DNA from: Pecten maximus
Lineage: Eukaryota
DNA: 64,000 nucleotides
Direction of reading: 5' to 3'
Assembly (NCBI RefSeq): GCF_902652985.1
Contig: NC_047019.1
Location: forward strand, 4,588,001-4,652,000
In this document: piece by piece, positions 14,438-26,779 of the stretch
Numbering within the stretch: the stretch's first letter is position 1
Layout: each line of letters begins with the position of its first letter
Translations under genes and position numbers: made by a program
The notes under the pieces: generated by a model
Seen by the model: only the letters and a program-made list of their open reading frames with translations
The model's database searches: none
What the model was told of the DNA's origin: nothing

Positions 14438-15494
14438 TGTTTTAGTATGCCGTTTAAAGTTTATTTTGATGATGGGTTATAAATCCAACAGTTTGGGCTA
14501 AAGCTAATTTTAGATTTGTCTTCTTTTAAAAGACAGAACAGAGGTAGAATGAGCTTAGAAATAGCTTCCCAATGTTGTTGACAATTCAAGTTGAAAATTT
14601 CTTTAATTCCCTCCGTGAAGTTGAAGGTAGTCAGGTTTCCTGTTGACATGGAACCCAATATTTATAGCCCAACGCTACCGTCGCCGTCTGTGTTACTCGA
14701 TACTGGACCCATGCTATTGATAGGCATGAGAATAAACGTCTAGTTTTTTAACAAAAAATGTCAGAATATTCTTTTAACACTAGAATCAGGTGCCCTTGTC
14801 CCAATAATCCTATATCAAAATTCTTACCAATGAACAAAATATAATCTTTTTACAAAGAGTACATTGAGATATTGAAATTTGAGCACGTCATTTGACACGT
14901 GCTGAGTTAAGATTTACTTAATTTTCAGTTATGGATAGAAGATATTGTATTATTTTCCGTGACTCGAATTTTTCATATCGTGTTGTTCATGGCGTCTATG
15001 CTCTGTCATGGTGGAATTTGTTTACATACTATATGGGTGTTCATGTCGGTGTCAATTTCAACAGGAAATATCACATACTTGTCAATAGCTGTGATAGTTT
15101 TCTCTGGGTTAATTCGGGGTCGGGAGTAACTTGTTATGCATAACACATTCTTTTTGTTCAAAAACTAGTGTCGGATTTGGAGGGTATTAATTTCTTAAAA
15201 TCTAAACCAGATTTTATCCAATATTTTAACTTAATAGTAATTGACAACATGTTACGCATAAAAAAGGGAAATATCTAGTAATATTTGAAAAGAAGTAAAT
15301 ATGAAAAAAAAAATATATATGTATTTTCATATAAGACAAAATAGTATTGTGTTTTACAATGTTTATCAGTAAATTGATCAAAAATGATTCAAACAACTTA
15401 CTGTAATGAAACAAAAAACTGTACCAAATATGACGCCCGGTTGATATTTCCTACTTGCGTCCCATCTGTTCGAAGTACATTTACATTACAACAC

Positions 15495-17040
15495 ATATGA
15501 CCTTGGCTGTTGGTTATCCCTAGACACCCATTCCTAATATGATCATGGCTTTTGTTGCCCTCGAGCCAGACGTCATGATATGACCATGCCGTTTGCTGTC
15601 CCCTAGACAGACGTCCAGACATGACCCTGGCTGTTGTTGTCCCCCTAGACATCCGTCCTGATATGATAATGGTTTTTGCTGTCCCCTAGCCAGACGTCCA
15701 GATATGACCCTGGCTGTTGTTGTCCCCCTAGACATCCGTCCTGATATGACCATGGCTTTTGTTGTCACCTAGTCAGACGTACAGACATGACCCTGGCTGT
15801 TGTTGTCCCCCTAGACATCCGTCCTGATATGACCATGGCTTTTGTTGTCCCCTAGCCAGACATCCAGACATGAACCTGGCTGTTGTTTCCCCTAGACATC
15901 CGTCCTGATATGACCATGGCTTTTGTTGCCCCTAGACATCCGTCCAGATATGACCATGGCTTTTGTTGCCCCCATAGTCCTGGCTGTTGGTGTCCCCCCC
16001 CCCCCCCCCCCCCCCCTAGACAAATGCACCCCCCTCACTTTTTTATATGTTCCAGGCTGTTGGTGTATCAATAGACCCCTGTGTTTTGTCCCAGACTGTT
16101 TGTGTCTCCTAGACACCTGTTTTATGTTCCAGACTGTTGGTGTCCTTCTAGACACCGGTTTTATGTCCCTGACTGTTGGTGTCCCCCTAGACACCTGTTT
16201 TATGTTCCAGACTGTTGGTGTATCAATAGACACCTGTTTTATGTCCCAGACTATTGGTGTCCCCTTAGACACCTGTTTTATGTCCCAGACTGTTGGTGTC
16301 CCCCTAGACACCTGTTTTATGTTCCAGACTGTTGGTGTCCCCCTTGACACCTGTTTTATGTTCCAGACTGTTGGTGTATCAATAGACACCTGTTTTATGT
16401 CCCAGACTGTTGGTGTCCCCTTAGACACCTGTTTTATGTCCCAGACTGTCGGTGTCCCCCTAGACACCTGTTTTATGTCCCAGACTGTCGGTGTCCCCCT
16501 AAACACCTGTTTTATGTTCCAGACTGTTGGTGTCCCCCTAGACACCTGTGTGATGTCCCTGACTGATGGTGTCCCCTTAGACACCTGTTTTATGTCATTG
16601 ACTGTTGGTGTCCCCTTAGACACCTGTTTTATGTCATTGTCTGTTGGTGTCCCCCTAGACACCTGTATTATATCCCTGACTGTTGGTGTCCCCTAGACAC
16701 CTGTTTTATGTTCCAGACTGTTGGTGTCCCCCTAGACCCCTGTTTTATGTCCCAGACGATTGGTGTCCCCCTAGACCAATGTTTTATGTTCCAGACTGTT
16801 GGTGTCCCCCTAGACACCGGTTTTATGTCCCAGACTGTTGGTGTCCCCCTAAACACCTGTTTTATGTTCCAGACTGTTGGTGTCCCCCTAGATAGCTGTT
16901 TTATGTCCCTGACTGTTGGTGTCCCCCTAGACACATGTCTTTATATATCCCAGACTGTCGGTGTCTCCCTAGACACATGCCTTTATATGTCCACGACTGT
17001 TAGTGTCCCTCTAGACACCTGTCCTTATACATGTCCCTGA
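15495..17040. repeat. 39-bp minisatellite (CCCCTAGACACCTGTTTTATGTCCCAGACTGTTGGTGTC) preceded by a related ~40-bp sub-array
   Basis: Tandem units visible. The 39-bp unit (13 codons) explains the repetitive ORFs on both strands. Confidence 0.95.
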
Positions 17041-17946
17041 CTTCTGCGAGGATGCTAATTCGCGATCAGACTAAACAACAGATACTACAATCCACCTCTG
17101 GCCAGGTTTACATTGTAATTAATTTCTCGATGTCTCTGCAAATTAACATCAGGTTTCCACGCGTTAAAGGCTATTTAATGTGCCCTGATCTCGCGATATT
17201 TAGATTATCAGTATGGCATCACATTCAATGACTAGTTTAATATACCTTCACGATGATGTACATGTAGATATATAATTGCATGCGCGTAAGCACGAGGGGC
17301 AGGGTTATTATCTTAATGACAAGAAACACACGCCATCTACTGCACAAGTCCGCGATTTTAATCTAATATGTTACATGATACCCACGTAAATACATGTACA
17401 AACATTGGCGTTTTATGGTAATTATACATTCTTATATCCCGTCTCAGTTTCGAAACGCTATTTCTTTGGTATTTTTTTTTGTCAATGTACTCTCTAAATT
17501 CGATATTGCTCACATTTTCTTTTACTTCCGGATGCCGCATACAGTACCAGTCACAAACTGAATTACATGTGTTATGTACAAACATATATTTGTCCGAAGG
17601 TTTGTAATATTAGAACTGGATGTCGTAAAAGTGCTCTGAAGCATTATAAAAGTAAGTTTAAAAAAATTTTAAATTGTAATGTGGCCATGTTTTTCATTGA
17701 ATGGCCAACGTAAAATCCTAGATATTATTGCATTGTTACTTAATACGCATTACTGTTAGAAATGGAATTCTAACTTGATAAGTCGGTGTCAAATTACATA
17801 ATATTTCCGGCTGGGACACGCCCTTGGCCGATTTTAAGCTAGAAATCATCCTGATTCCGTGTCCGCTGTCGGTTCATAGCTTAATATGAACATTTTAATT
17901 TTATGATCGACGTTATAATCTTGTACGCTATGAAGTCGGGCGTGTA

Positions 17947-18163
17947 GAGGTCGCGGTGGCCGAGTGGTTAAGGTGTCCCGGCACTTTAACACTAGCCTTC
18001 CTCCTCTGGGTTGCGAGTTCGAAACATACGTGGGGCAGTTGCCAGGTACTGACCGTAGGCCGATGGTTTTTCTCCGGGTACTCCGGCTTTCCTCCACCTC
18101 CAAACCTGGCACGTCCTTAAATGACACTGGCTGTTAATAGGACGTTAAACAAAAACAAACAAA
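17947..18163 (+). mobile_element. tRNA-derived SINE, full length
   Basis: A box GTGGCCGAGTGG, B box GAGTTCGAAAC, central GGTTTTTCTCCGGGTACTCCGGCTTTCCTCCAC domain, GACGTTAAAC(AAAC)n tail; homologous copies at 28092-28290 and 34613-34823. Confidence 0.85.
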
Positions 18164-18224
18164 TCAACGCTGAAAACTGACCTAAGGTCAATTTTCAACG
18201 GGGTTCATTTTCAACGTGGACATG

Positions 18225-18445
18225 TACCTGTGTCGGTTTGTGTTTCTCGGAAATGTGAGGAACAGGCCGGTCTGTGCTGTCATGGTTGTGTCCTCGAGCA
18301 AGGCAAGATAATTAGCCCGTTTTCGCTCTAGATGGCATGCGACAGGCCTCCCGTATGATGTCCAGTGAGGTAGTCACCAACTACTACAAGGAGACCCTGC
18401 CTCAATATGACCCTGGCTGTTCACGGGGCGATAAACCAAGGAACT
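18225..18445 (+). mobile_element. SINE, second family (5'-degenerate)
   Basis: Shares GAGGTAGTCACCAACTACTACAAGGAGACCCTGCCTC...ATGACCCTGGCTGTT with an inverted copy at ~31921-32205 and fragments at ~13580, ~13777 and ~27475. Confidence 0.65.
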
Positions 18446-19282
18446 AAAACTCTCTTTGATTTGAGTCTCAGTCTTGGCTGCCTTTTATACAAAAACATTA
18501 AAGGCCATAAAGCTAGTAGCCCTGAGTTTCCTCAGGCCCTGACACCATGTCTAGACATGGTGTCAGGGCCAGAGGAAACTCGGGCTATAAAGCTAGATAA
18601 TATGTAAATGACCGAACAGAACTGCCTAAGCTCGTCACGAAAGTTAGATACAATTATATAACATTGATATAAACACAAACCGTTATGGTAAGATGGCCTG
18701 TGGCAACGTGCACGTGCCCTACTGACGGGCAATTTATACATAATCAGTCTATAACTTTTGGGTACATTTCTAATATGAATATATTTACTTTTATAATTGT
18801 GCTAAATTCTAAAACGAGTCATTATACTTCAACAAAACCTTATTTCCCGCGGCGCCGTTCCTTCCTACGTTTATCAACGTATTGTCAAAATGGCGTTGTG
18901 AAAATCTCGTGTTGTGAATAACTAACTTTTGATTTCTCTAGTTAGGGCTAATGGTGACGGAAATTAATGATAATGATACGTGTATCATAAATATGGCGTC
19001 AAACCAATATCTTTCAGCGTTCAAAGTTTTTTTTTGTTTTTGTTTTTTTTTGTTTTTTTTTGCCAATCAACAAATGCAGGGAACTTGGTGAAAATAAAAA
19101 GAAGTTTATACTGCAAGAGCTAAATATTGGGAACTTACTTTTGACCAACAACGGTATCCGTATTTCCCCTGTTGGGACCTACCTCTCTACCTATATCTAC
19201 CCATATATGAGTGGGAGGTTGGGTGAAACAACATATTTCTATACAGTTTAAATTTAATCGCATTGAACTGATGCTACGAAAA

Positions 19283-20816
19283 AACAAGAGGCTCAGAAGG
19301 CCTGTATCGCTCACCTGGCTGATTTGACCAAATGTCAAAATTACGTTCATGCTTAATTCGTTAATAGCTTTATTTGTTGATGTCTAACAATGCTAAACAT
19401 TGGTTATGGGGTGAGGATCTCAACTGCTTCAAAGATATAACCAAGACTCTAAGTCCCTAGGGGGTGGGGAAATACCCCAGGGCCCCTTTTTCTACAACGT
19501 GGTTGTGTTTATCTCTTGATGCACAAAAATACTATACATGATTTTGGGGGTGGGTGATCTCAACAATTTCAAATATATAATAAAGAAACCGAGTCCCTAG
19601 GGGTTAGGAAAGACCCCGGGGCCTATTTTAACATCAGGATTGTGTTTACCCCTTGATGCCCAGCAGTGCTATGTATGGTTATAGGGCAGGAATCTCAACA
19701 GTTTCCAAAACATATCCAAGAAACCACTAGTTCCCTAGGGGTGGGGAAAGACCCCAGGGTATATTTTTACAACATGATTAAGTTTATCTTTTTATGCCCA
19801 ACAATGTTATTTAATGTTATGGGGAGGGGATCTCAACAATATTAAAAATATAACAAAGAAACCGAGTCCCTAGGGGTGGGGAAAAACCCCAGGGCCTACT
19901 TTTACAAGATGAACATGTTTGTCTTTAGATGCCCAGCAATGCTATATATGGTTATGGGGTGTGGATCTCAACAGGTTCAAAAATATAACAAAAAGAAACT
20001 GGGGAGGGAAACTAAACAGCTTCAAAGATATAACAAAGGAACCAAGTCCCTAGGGGTTGGGAAAGACCCTAGGACCCATTTTTACATCATGATTGTCATT
20101 ATCTGGTTATGTAGTGGGAGCATCAACTAAGTCCCCAGGGGTGGGGAAAGACCCAGGGCCTATTCGTATAACATGATAGTGTTTTTCTCTTGGTACCAAG
20201 CAATGCTATACATATGTATATGGTTATGGTGTGGGAATCTCAACAGTTTCAAAAATACAAAAGTTGTTAATAGAAATTTAGTCAAATTGCTCCCTTTTGG
20301 CCCTGCATGCTCCTTAGCCCCCTGGGAGTCATACAAACAATTTGTAGCTTTACAAATCCAGAGAAGAACCCACAGGGTTGCTATCAGTAAAATATGAGCA
20401 ATATCCATTGCTTAGTTTCAGAGAAGAAGTCGTTTATATCAATGTAGCCAAATTGACCCTTTTTGGCCCTGCCCTCAGGCTCCCTTACGGTCAGCCCCAC
20501 CATTTGTACAATTTTGAATCACTACCTCATAAAAATGCTACAAGACAAATAGGAGCAATATCCATTGCTTTGTTTCGGAGTAGAAGTCGTTTATATCAAT
20601 GTAGCCAAATTGGCCCCTTTCAGCCCCGCCCCTTAGGCTCCCTGGGGGTCAGCCCCACTACATCAGTACAATTTTGAATCCCCACCCCATAATGATACTA
20701 CCAGTCAAATTTTGTTCAATTCCAATCAGCGATTATGAAGAAAAAGTCAATTGTTGACGGACAGACGCCATGGTATGATATTGCATAAGCTCGTCCTTCG
20801 GACCAGGTTAGCTAAA
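19283..20816 (-). mobile_element. Helentron-associated (HINE/DINE-1/pearl-like) non-autonomous element with internal tandem arrays
   Basis: One end, ACAAGAGGCTCAGAAGGCCTGTATCGCTCACCTG, is the reverse complement of the 3' end of the 38800-39818 element. GACG microsatellite and CAGGTTAGCTAAA at the other end; internal ~140-bp and ~156-bp repeats. Confidence 0.75.
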
Positions 20817-21770
20817 GATTCTGTTAAAATTGCATTTGAATTAAAGGAGTTTAATTGAGTTTCATGGATAAACACGAGCTGGTTATATTTCCAATATTAG
20901 ACCAGATCATTCTCTCTTGATCCTTCAATGAGGCCACTTGCTCTACTTAAAATGTTGAGTCACCATGAGGCTTGGATGTGCTCAAGTAAACCAGAGATTG
21001 TTTTTTTTGAACAAAAACATTATCTCCCCTTTTCCTGTGCTAGACATTTAAAAAAAAAAGTCTCTCTCTTTTTTTTTTTTTTGCATTCAACTGACGTTTG
21101 ACCTTTAGGCTCTGGGCAAGAAATTAATGTAAAATTTGTACTTACTAGACCTTTGACCTTAGGTAAAACAAGGTCAAGGTCACAGTAACCAAATGGCACA
21201 TCGGCTTTAGGTGATGCAAGTTTTATCAATATCAATGGTTCAGAAGCTATGGCCGGGACAAGTTATTATCATCAGGAGAAGAACCAGTTCTAAAACAATA
21301 TATCTCCTTCCATTTGTAGAGGAGACAAAACGCAGTCAAAACCCCTGTATTCACACTTAAGGCTTTAACTTTTCCGAGAATATTGTACGTTATATATAGG
21401 TGTTCACCCCTGTGTCTCCATGAGAGCCACAATCTGTGTTAATACAGCAGTATTTCTCTTTTGAACAAGGATTCAAGACTCCGTTTGTTTTAAATTAATT
21501 GATTTATCCATTCTTGAGAAGTAGGCTTTTTTTAAAAAAATGACAATATGTCTCCTATAAGCTCTAATCCGTCTGTCTCCCTAATAGCAGAAATGTATTA
21601 TCCTACTAAAGAAACTAATTCAGATACATTTCAATCCCCTTGTCTCCACCCCCCCCCCCCCCCCCCTCTCTAAATTAATGGAAAAGTTAAAAAAAAAAGG
21701 TCATTGGATGTTTGGTTATTGCATATTGGAAAGCTATATATGTGTACCAGTAGTCCTAGGGTGTATTGAT

Positions 21771-21893
21771 GGGTGGTCGGATGGCACAGTGGTAACACTC
21801 CTGTCTTTCACCTTGGTGGCCGGGGTTCTATTCCCCGATCGAATGTGAAAAGGTATTGGGTCACCTGCCCTGCCCGACCACGTGGGTTTCCCC
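21771..21893 (+). mobile_element. tRNA-derived SINE fragment
   Basis: GGATGGCACAGTGGTAACAC A box, GGTTCTATTCCC B box; related fragment at ~25463-25690. Confidence 0.6.
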
Positions 21894-22429
21894 AGTTATG
21901 TACTCGAAAAATAAATGTGTTTTCAGAAATGTTTACATATTACATTTTATCTTCTTTTCTTAAGAAATATTTGAAAGGGGATTAAAAGTTCATGGATAAA
22001 TCTAATTTTTCACCCCTTCGGAGGTATAGGGCAGAAATTGGAATCTTTACCCAAAGATTCTGAAGTTGACAAACACAATGCTTGCTGATCACAAGATCTC
22101 CCCCCCCCCCCCCCCCCCCCCCATGGTGGTCAAATACTGGGTTTTTTTAATCTGAAAGTGTGGACCAGTCTCTGAGAAAATACACTTTTTGTATTGTAAA
22201 ATCATTTTCACACATGACATAACATCCATGGCACTTAATTATACCGCTGTTCTCTCATTAATAGGAAAGAAAAGCTGGTAAAACATTTAATCTCATAACA
22301 CACCACATCCCAGGTTTTGCATAAACTAATATTTTATGAAGAAAAGAACTCAATATGTAAAATAAAAAGATTGTTTTAAGGATAACAACTTTATTCTTTC
22401 ATGTCCATATAATTTATGATGTATATCGA

Positions 22430-23000
22430 AGGTTCAACCAATATTAGGTTTCACAAATTAGCACATAACGTTCAACCAATATTAGGTTTCACAAATTAGC
22501 ACATAACGTTCAACCAATATTAGGTTTCACAAATTAGCACATGACGTTCAACCGATATTAGGTTTCACAGATTAGCACATGACGTTCAACCGATATCAGG
22601 TTTCACAGATTAGCACATGACGTTCTACCGATATCAGGTTTCACAGATTAGCACATGACGTTCAACCAATGTCAGGATTCACAAATTAGCACATGACGCT
22701 CAACAGATGTTAGGATTCACAAATTAGCACATGACGTTCAACCAATGTTAGGATTCACAAATTAGCACACGACGCTCAACCAATGTTAGGATTCACAAAT
22801 TAGCACATGATGTTCAACCAATGTTAGGATTCACAAATTAGCACATGATGTTCGACCAATGTTAGGATTCACAAATTAGCACATGACGTTCAACCAATGT
22901 TAGGATTCACAAATAAGCACACGACGCTCAACCAATGTTAGGATTCACAAATTAGCACATGATGTTCGACCAATGTTAGGATTCACAAATTAGCACATGT
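22430..23000. repeat. 38-bp minisatellite (GTTCAACCAATATTAGGTTTCACAAATTAGCACATAAC), ~15 copies
   Basis: Direct tandem repeats with a polar gradient of variants. Confidence 0.95.
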
Positions 23001-25462
23001 GTTGTGGAACAAAATATATTTAATTAATTATAGCTCACAATGTTCGTTAACATTGAACCAAGTTCATATCTATGCTGTTTTAATGAACTTTCAACATTCA
23101 AACCACAGAGAACCACAATACATATAAGTTCACATCTAATACTGCACACATATCTAAATATGTTATACTATTGCTTATTAATTAGTATTACTGTAGAGAT
23201 GGTAATATTTGTGGGAGATTTAATTTCGCTATATTCATGATCATGAAACATAATGTGAAAATAAATACCCTTGAAATATTTACATGTACAAACAAATGAA
23301 TACACATGTTCACAAGGCGTGGTTGCACAAAATAGGTCCAAATGGGATGAACATCCTATGAAATTTGGAAATTGGACAAAAAACAAAAAAACAAACAAAA
23401 AATGGCCAAATTCAGAAACTGGAGATTTTTTTCCCCCCAGATTTCTTTTTAATATTTTTTCACTGCTACTATCTGCTGAAGGTTATACAAAGATTCCAAT
23501 ATCAAGTAAGATTTGGTTATCTACTACAGAAATACATGTAGCTTACCAATTATCAACCATCAACGAAAAATTTAAAAAAAAAAAGAAAAAAAAAAGAAGA
23601 AAATCAGCAGTGTTATGGCCTATTGAAAATAATTCCACATCAAATGCACAACGAACGGGACTAAAGAATGTACCAAGTTTAGACACAGAAGGGAGGTAAC
23701 TCTTGCATATGAATTTATTTTTTCTGATGAAAGAATGGATGTAACACTGCATTTATTAAAAAAAAAAATTTGTTATATTTATTTATGTTTTTGATCTACT
23801 TACCGGCTTTTAATCTAAATGATATCAACATATTCCGATAAAGGAATTTATGACTTGTCGTAATTTAAAAAATATGCAGAAAGCGAGATACAAGATTTAA
23901 TTTGAGTCAATTTAATACACACAATGTCTTATTGTTGTCACTATAGTATATATAGATACTTAGTTTATTCGATATAGTACACATACTGATTATCACCTTG
24001 ATATAAGTTATCTCACATGTTGCCAGTTGTACAATACATCATCCTTCATATCTATGATAACAATGGTTACATTATTTTAATTTTCTCGTGGGTTCATTCG
24101 CAGGTGTGAAACAATTGACATTGCATATACAGTTACAAAAAAAAAAAAAAATCATCAAAATTTCAGGAAAATAAACTGACATTAACAGACCAAATTCCCA
24201 CATAAAACGAAGTGATAAACTGAAAAACTTCTAAGTGACGACAGACAGATCATTCTGTCTGAGTGGCAAATAAAGAAAGTCACCTGATTACATTATGTAT
24301 GTACCAAACTGAATCATGACTTACTGTTAAAACTGATATTTTAATTTTTTTTTTTAATTTTTGCCTTTTTAGGATGAAGATGGGATGAAATCACAAAAAA
24401 TATACACCTTGAAATCATAATTATAAAAAAACTTGTTCATTCGTTTACTTTTGTAAAAAAAACCACATTTCTTCTACTCATCAAACTTTTGGTTAATATA
24501 TACACTATGACTTATATGTTAGTGTCTCGGAGTTGATTTTAAAACATCTCGCACACTACATTGTAGTGTGAACAGGATAAAGTCATATGGTTTACTGGTC
24601 TGAATGAAGGCAATCGAAACAACATAATGCTATGAGTAATCCAAATGTTACATATAAACTTAACATGCTGTTGTTCGTGCTATATAAACCTACATGTATA
24701 TACGTTAATTAATATATACATTTTGTATTTACTAAGGTACGGATAAAGTCTACAAATAAGAGAGTTATCAGCTGTTGAAATGTCATGACTTGATTCTATG
24801 ACAAAAATAATGTTTTTATAGTATTCCAAATCATTGTCTTTTAAAACTTACATAATCTTTTTTAACCACTGTATATATTTCACATTTTTCCTTTTAATGT
24901 CATATTCCATATAATATCATGATTTCATGTGATATTAAGTGGAAGCAATAGTGAAATCACTGTATAAGTGTTAATACTTAATTTACCTACATGTATATAC
25001 AAATGTACACATATTGACAAGATTTTATAGTGATATATTTTAGTGCTGTACAATTATCACTTAAGATTACTCAACTACATCACTTCAAGTAACAATTTTA
25101 AATTCATACTTACAATATGTACAATTTCTATTGCTTCATAGATAAATAATTACTACATCTACGTAGATATGTCACTGTTAAGGATCCTGCATCAAGTTAA
25201 AGCTTCATTATTGGAAATAAAATCCAAGCAGATTTATTTTTTTTCATTTATTCATAGCTCGATTGAAACCATATTAATTTGATAAACTAAAATGAAAATC
25301 TTGGGTCACATGATACTCAGGTATGTAGAATATTTCTAGAATCAGGAAAAAAATCCACTTCTAGATTCATGGAAGATCTATCTCAATTTAAGTAATTTTT
25401 TATCAGTGTCACAGATCTTGGTATTCTCATCTGAACAAGAAAACATTATTTTCTTGTCACAC

Positions 25463-25690
25463 TAAGACGGCCGGGGTTTGATTCCCCGATCCGATGTGAA
25501 AAGGTATGGGGTCAACTGCCTGACAATGTGGGTTTTCTCCAGGCTTTCCGGCTCGGGCCTCCCACAGTACATTAGAGCTGTCATACACTTCCATCCGGTC
25601 CAACAACCGTAATTAATGCCCTGTTGTTCTAAGTTGTTTTGCAAATTTCGTAAAATTAATAAAGTTTACATTGCATTCCTATCACAAGTT
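25463..25690 (+). mobile_element. SINE fragment in or near the Tollip 3' region
   Basis: GGCCGGGGTTTGATTCCCCGATCCGATGTGAAAAGGTATGGGGTCA matches 21817-21865; GGGTTTTCTCCAGG central domain. Confidence 0.55.
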
Positions 25691-26779
25691 TACAATATTT
25701 TCATATTGTTGCAGTTGATTGAGCCTGAATGCTAATAACTGTCTACTTAAGTTATTGCAGAAACTATGAGTTTAGAGAGTAACAAGAAAGACAACTCTTG
25801 ATGCTATCATACTTGTAGTGAGATGGCCATGTTCAATTTAATAATGGATCTCATTTCTAAATCAGAAATATATTTCAATAATTAATTTTTCTTTGTTTTC
25901 ATGGTAAATACTCAAATGTGATTGGTCGAAAAATTCTTTTCATTCTTCTATGAAAGAAATTCTGAGAATGGCGCGAAAAATGTGACGTCATAATACGACA
26001 ATTAACGTTGCGTATTAATTTGAGAAAAAGAATCCCATTTAAAACCAGTAAAATTGTACATAAAACATGTTTTAAATTAGAAAATCATTTTCAAAAATTA
26101 ATTATAAGCGTTGATGTCAATTATTTTTTAGTTACGCTACGTGGATTCATACAGTTTGCAAACAAATTTGTTTCATACCCCGATGAAACTAAAAAAAAAT
26201 GACATCAATGCTTAAATATTTCAGATTATTTTTTAAATGGACTTACATGTACATCAAATTACTACGATGAAAAGTCAAAGATTTTCCATACCATAATATG
26301 TCTAAACTGATCATATCTTTGGAATGATTTATCGAAACAGGCTTCATACGAAATTTTAAAAGCTGTTTTGCTGCAATTTTGTAGTGTTGTTATTAACATA
26401 GAGCATTAAATGATTTTTAAATTTAATGTTAGAAAAACATAAAAAAAGGAGTCTTGATAATGAATTCAAGCTTAAGTTTGAATGAGAAATCAACCCTGGG
26501 TTTTATTCCATGATATTCAATTTGAATTTATCCAAGTGTCCATGTCTTCAAATTTTGATTTATCAAATTGCTTAATATAAATCTGCATTTTGATAACATA
26601 TATTGCACACTGATACATATACAAGTAACCTTATTTCCAACTAAAATTGTTTGAATATTCCAAGCAGGTTAACAGCATCAATTAACTATTCAAAGAAAGA
26701 GATTACAAATTTAATACAAAAACATAATACATATATGTATAACAGTATTTATAACAAAAACATCCGGTCAATGCACAAA

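Noticed and set aside
15892-17040. Repetitive ORFs on both strands (13-aa repeats)
   Set aside because: Arise from a 39-bp minisatellite; no splice or gene context.
17947-18035. tRNA gene
   Set aside because: A and B boxes belong to a SINE head; no full cloverleaf, and SINE body and tail follow.
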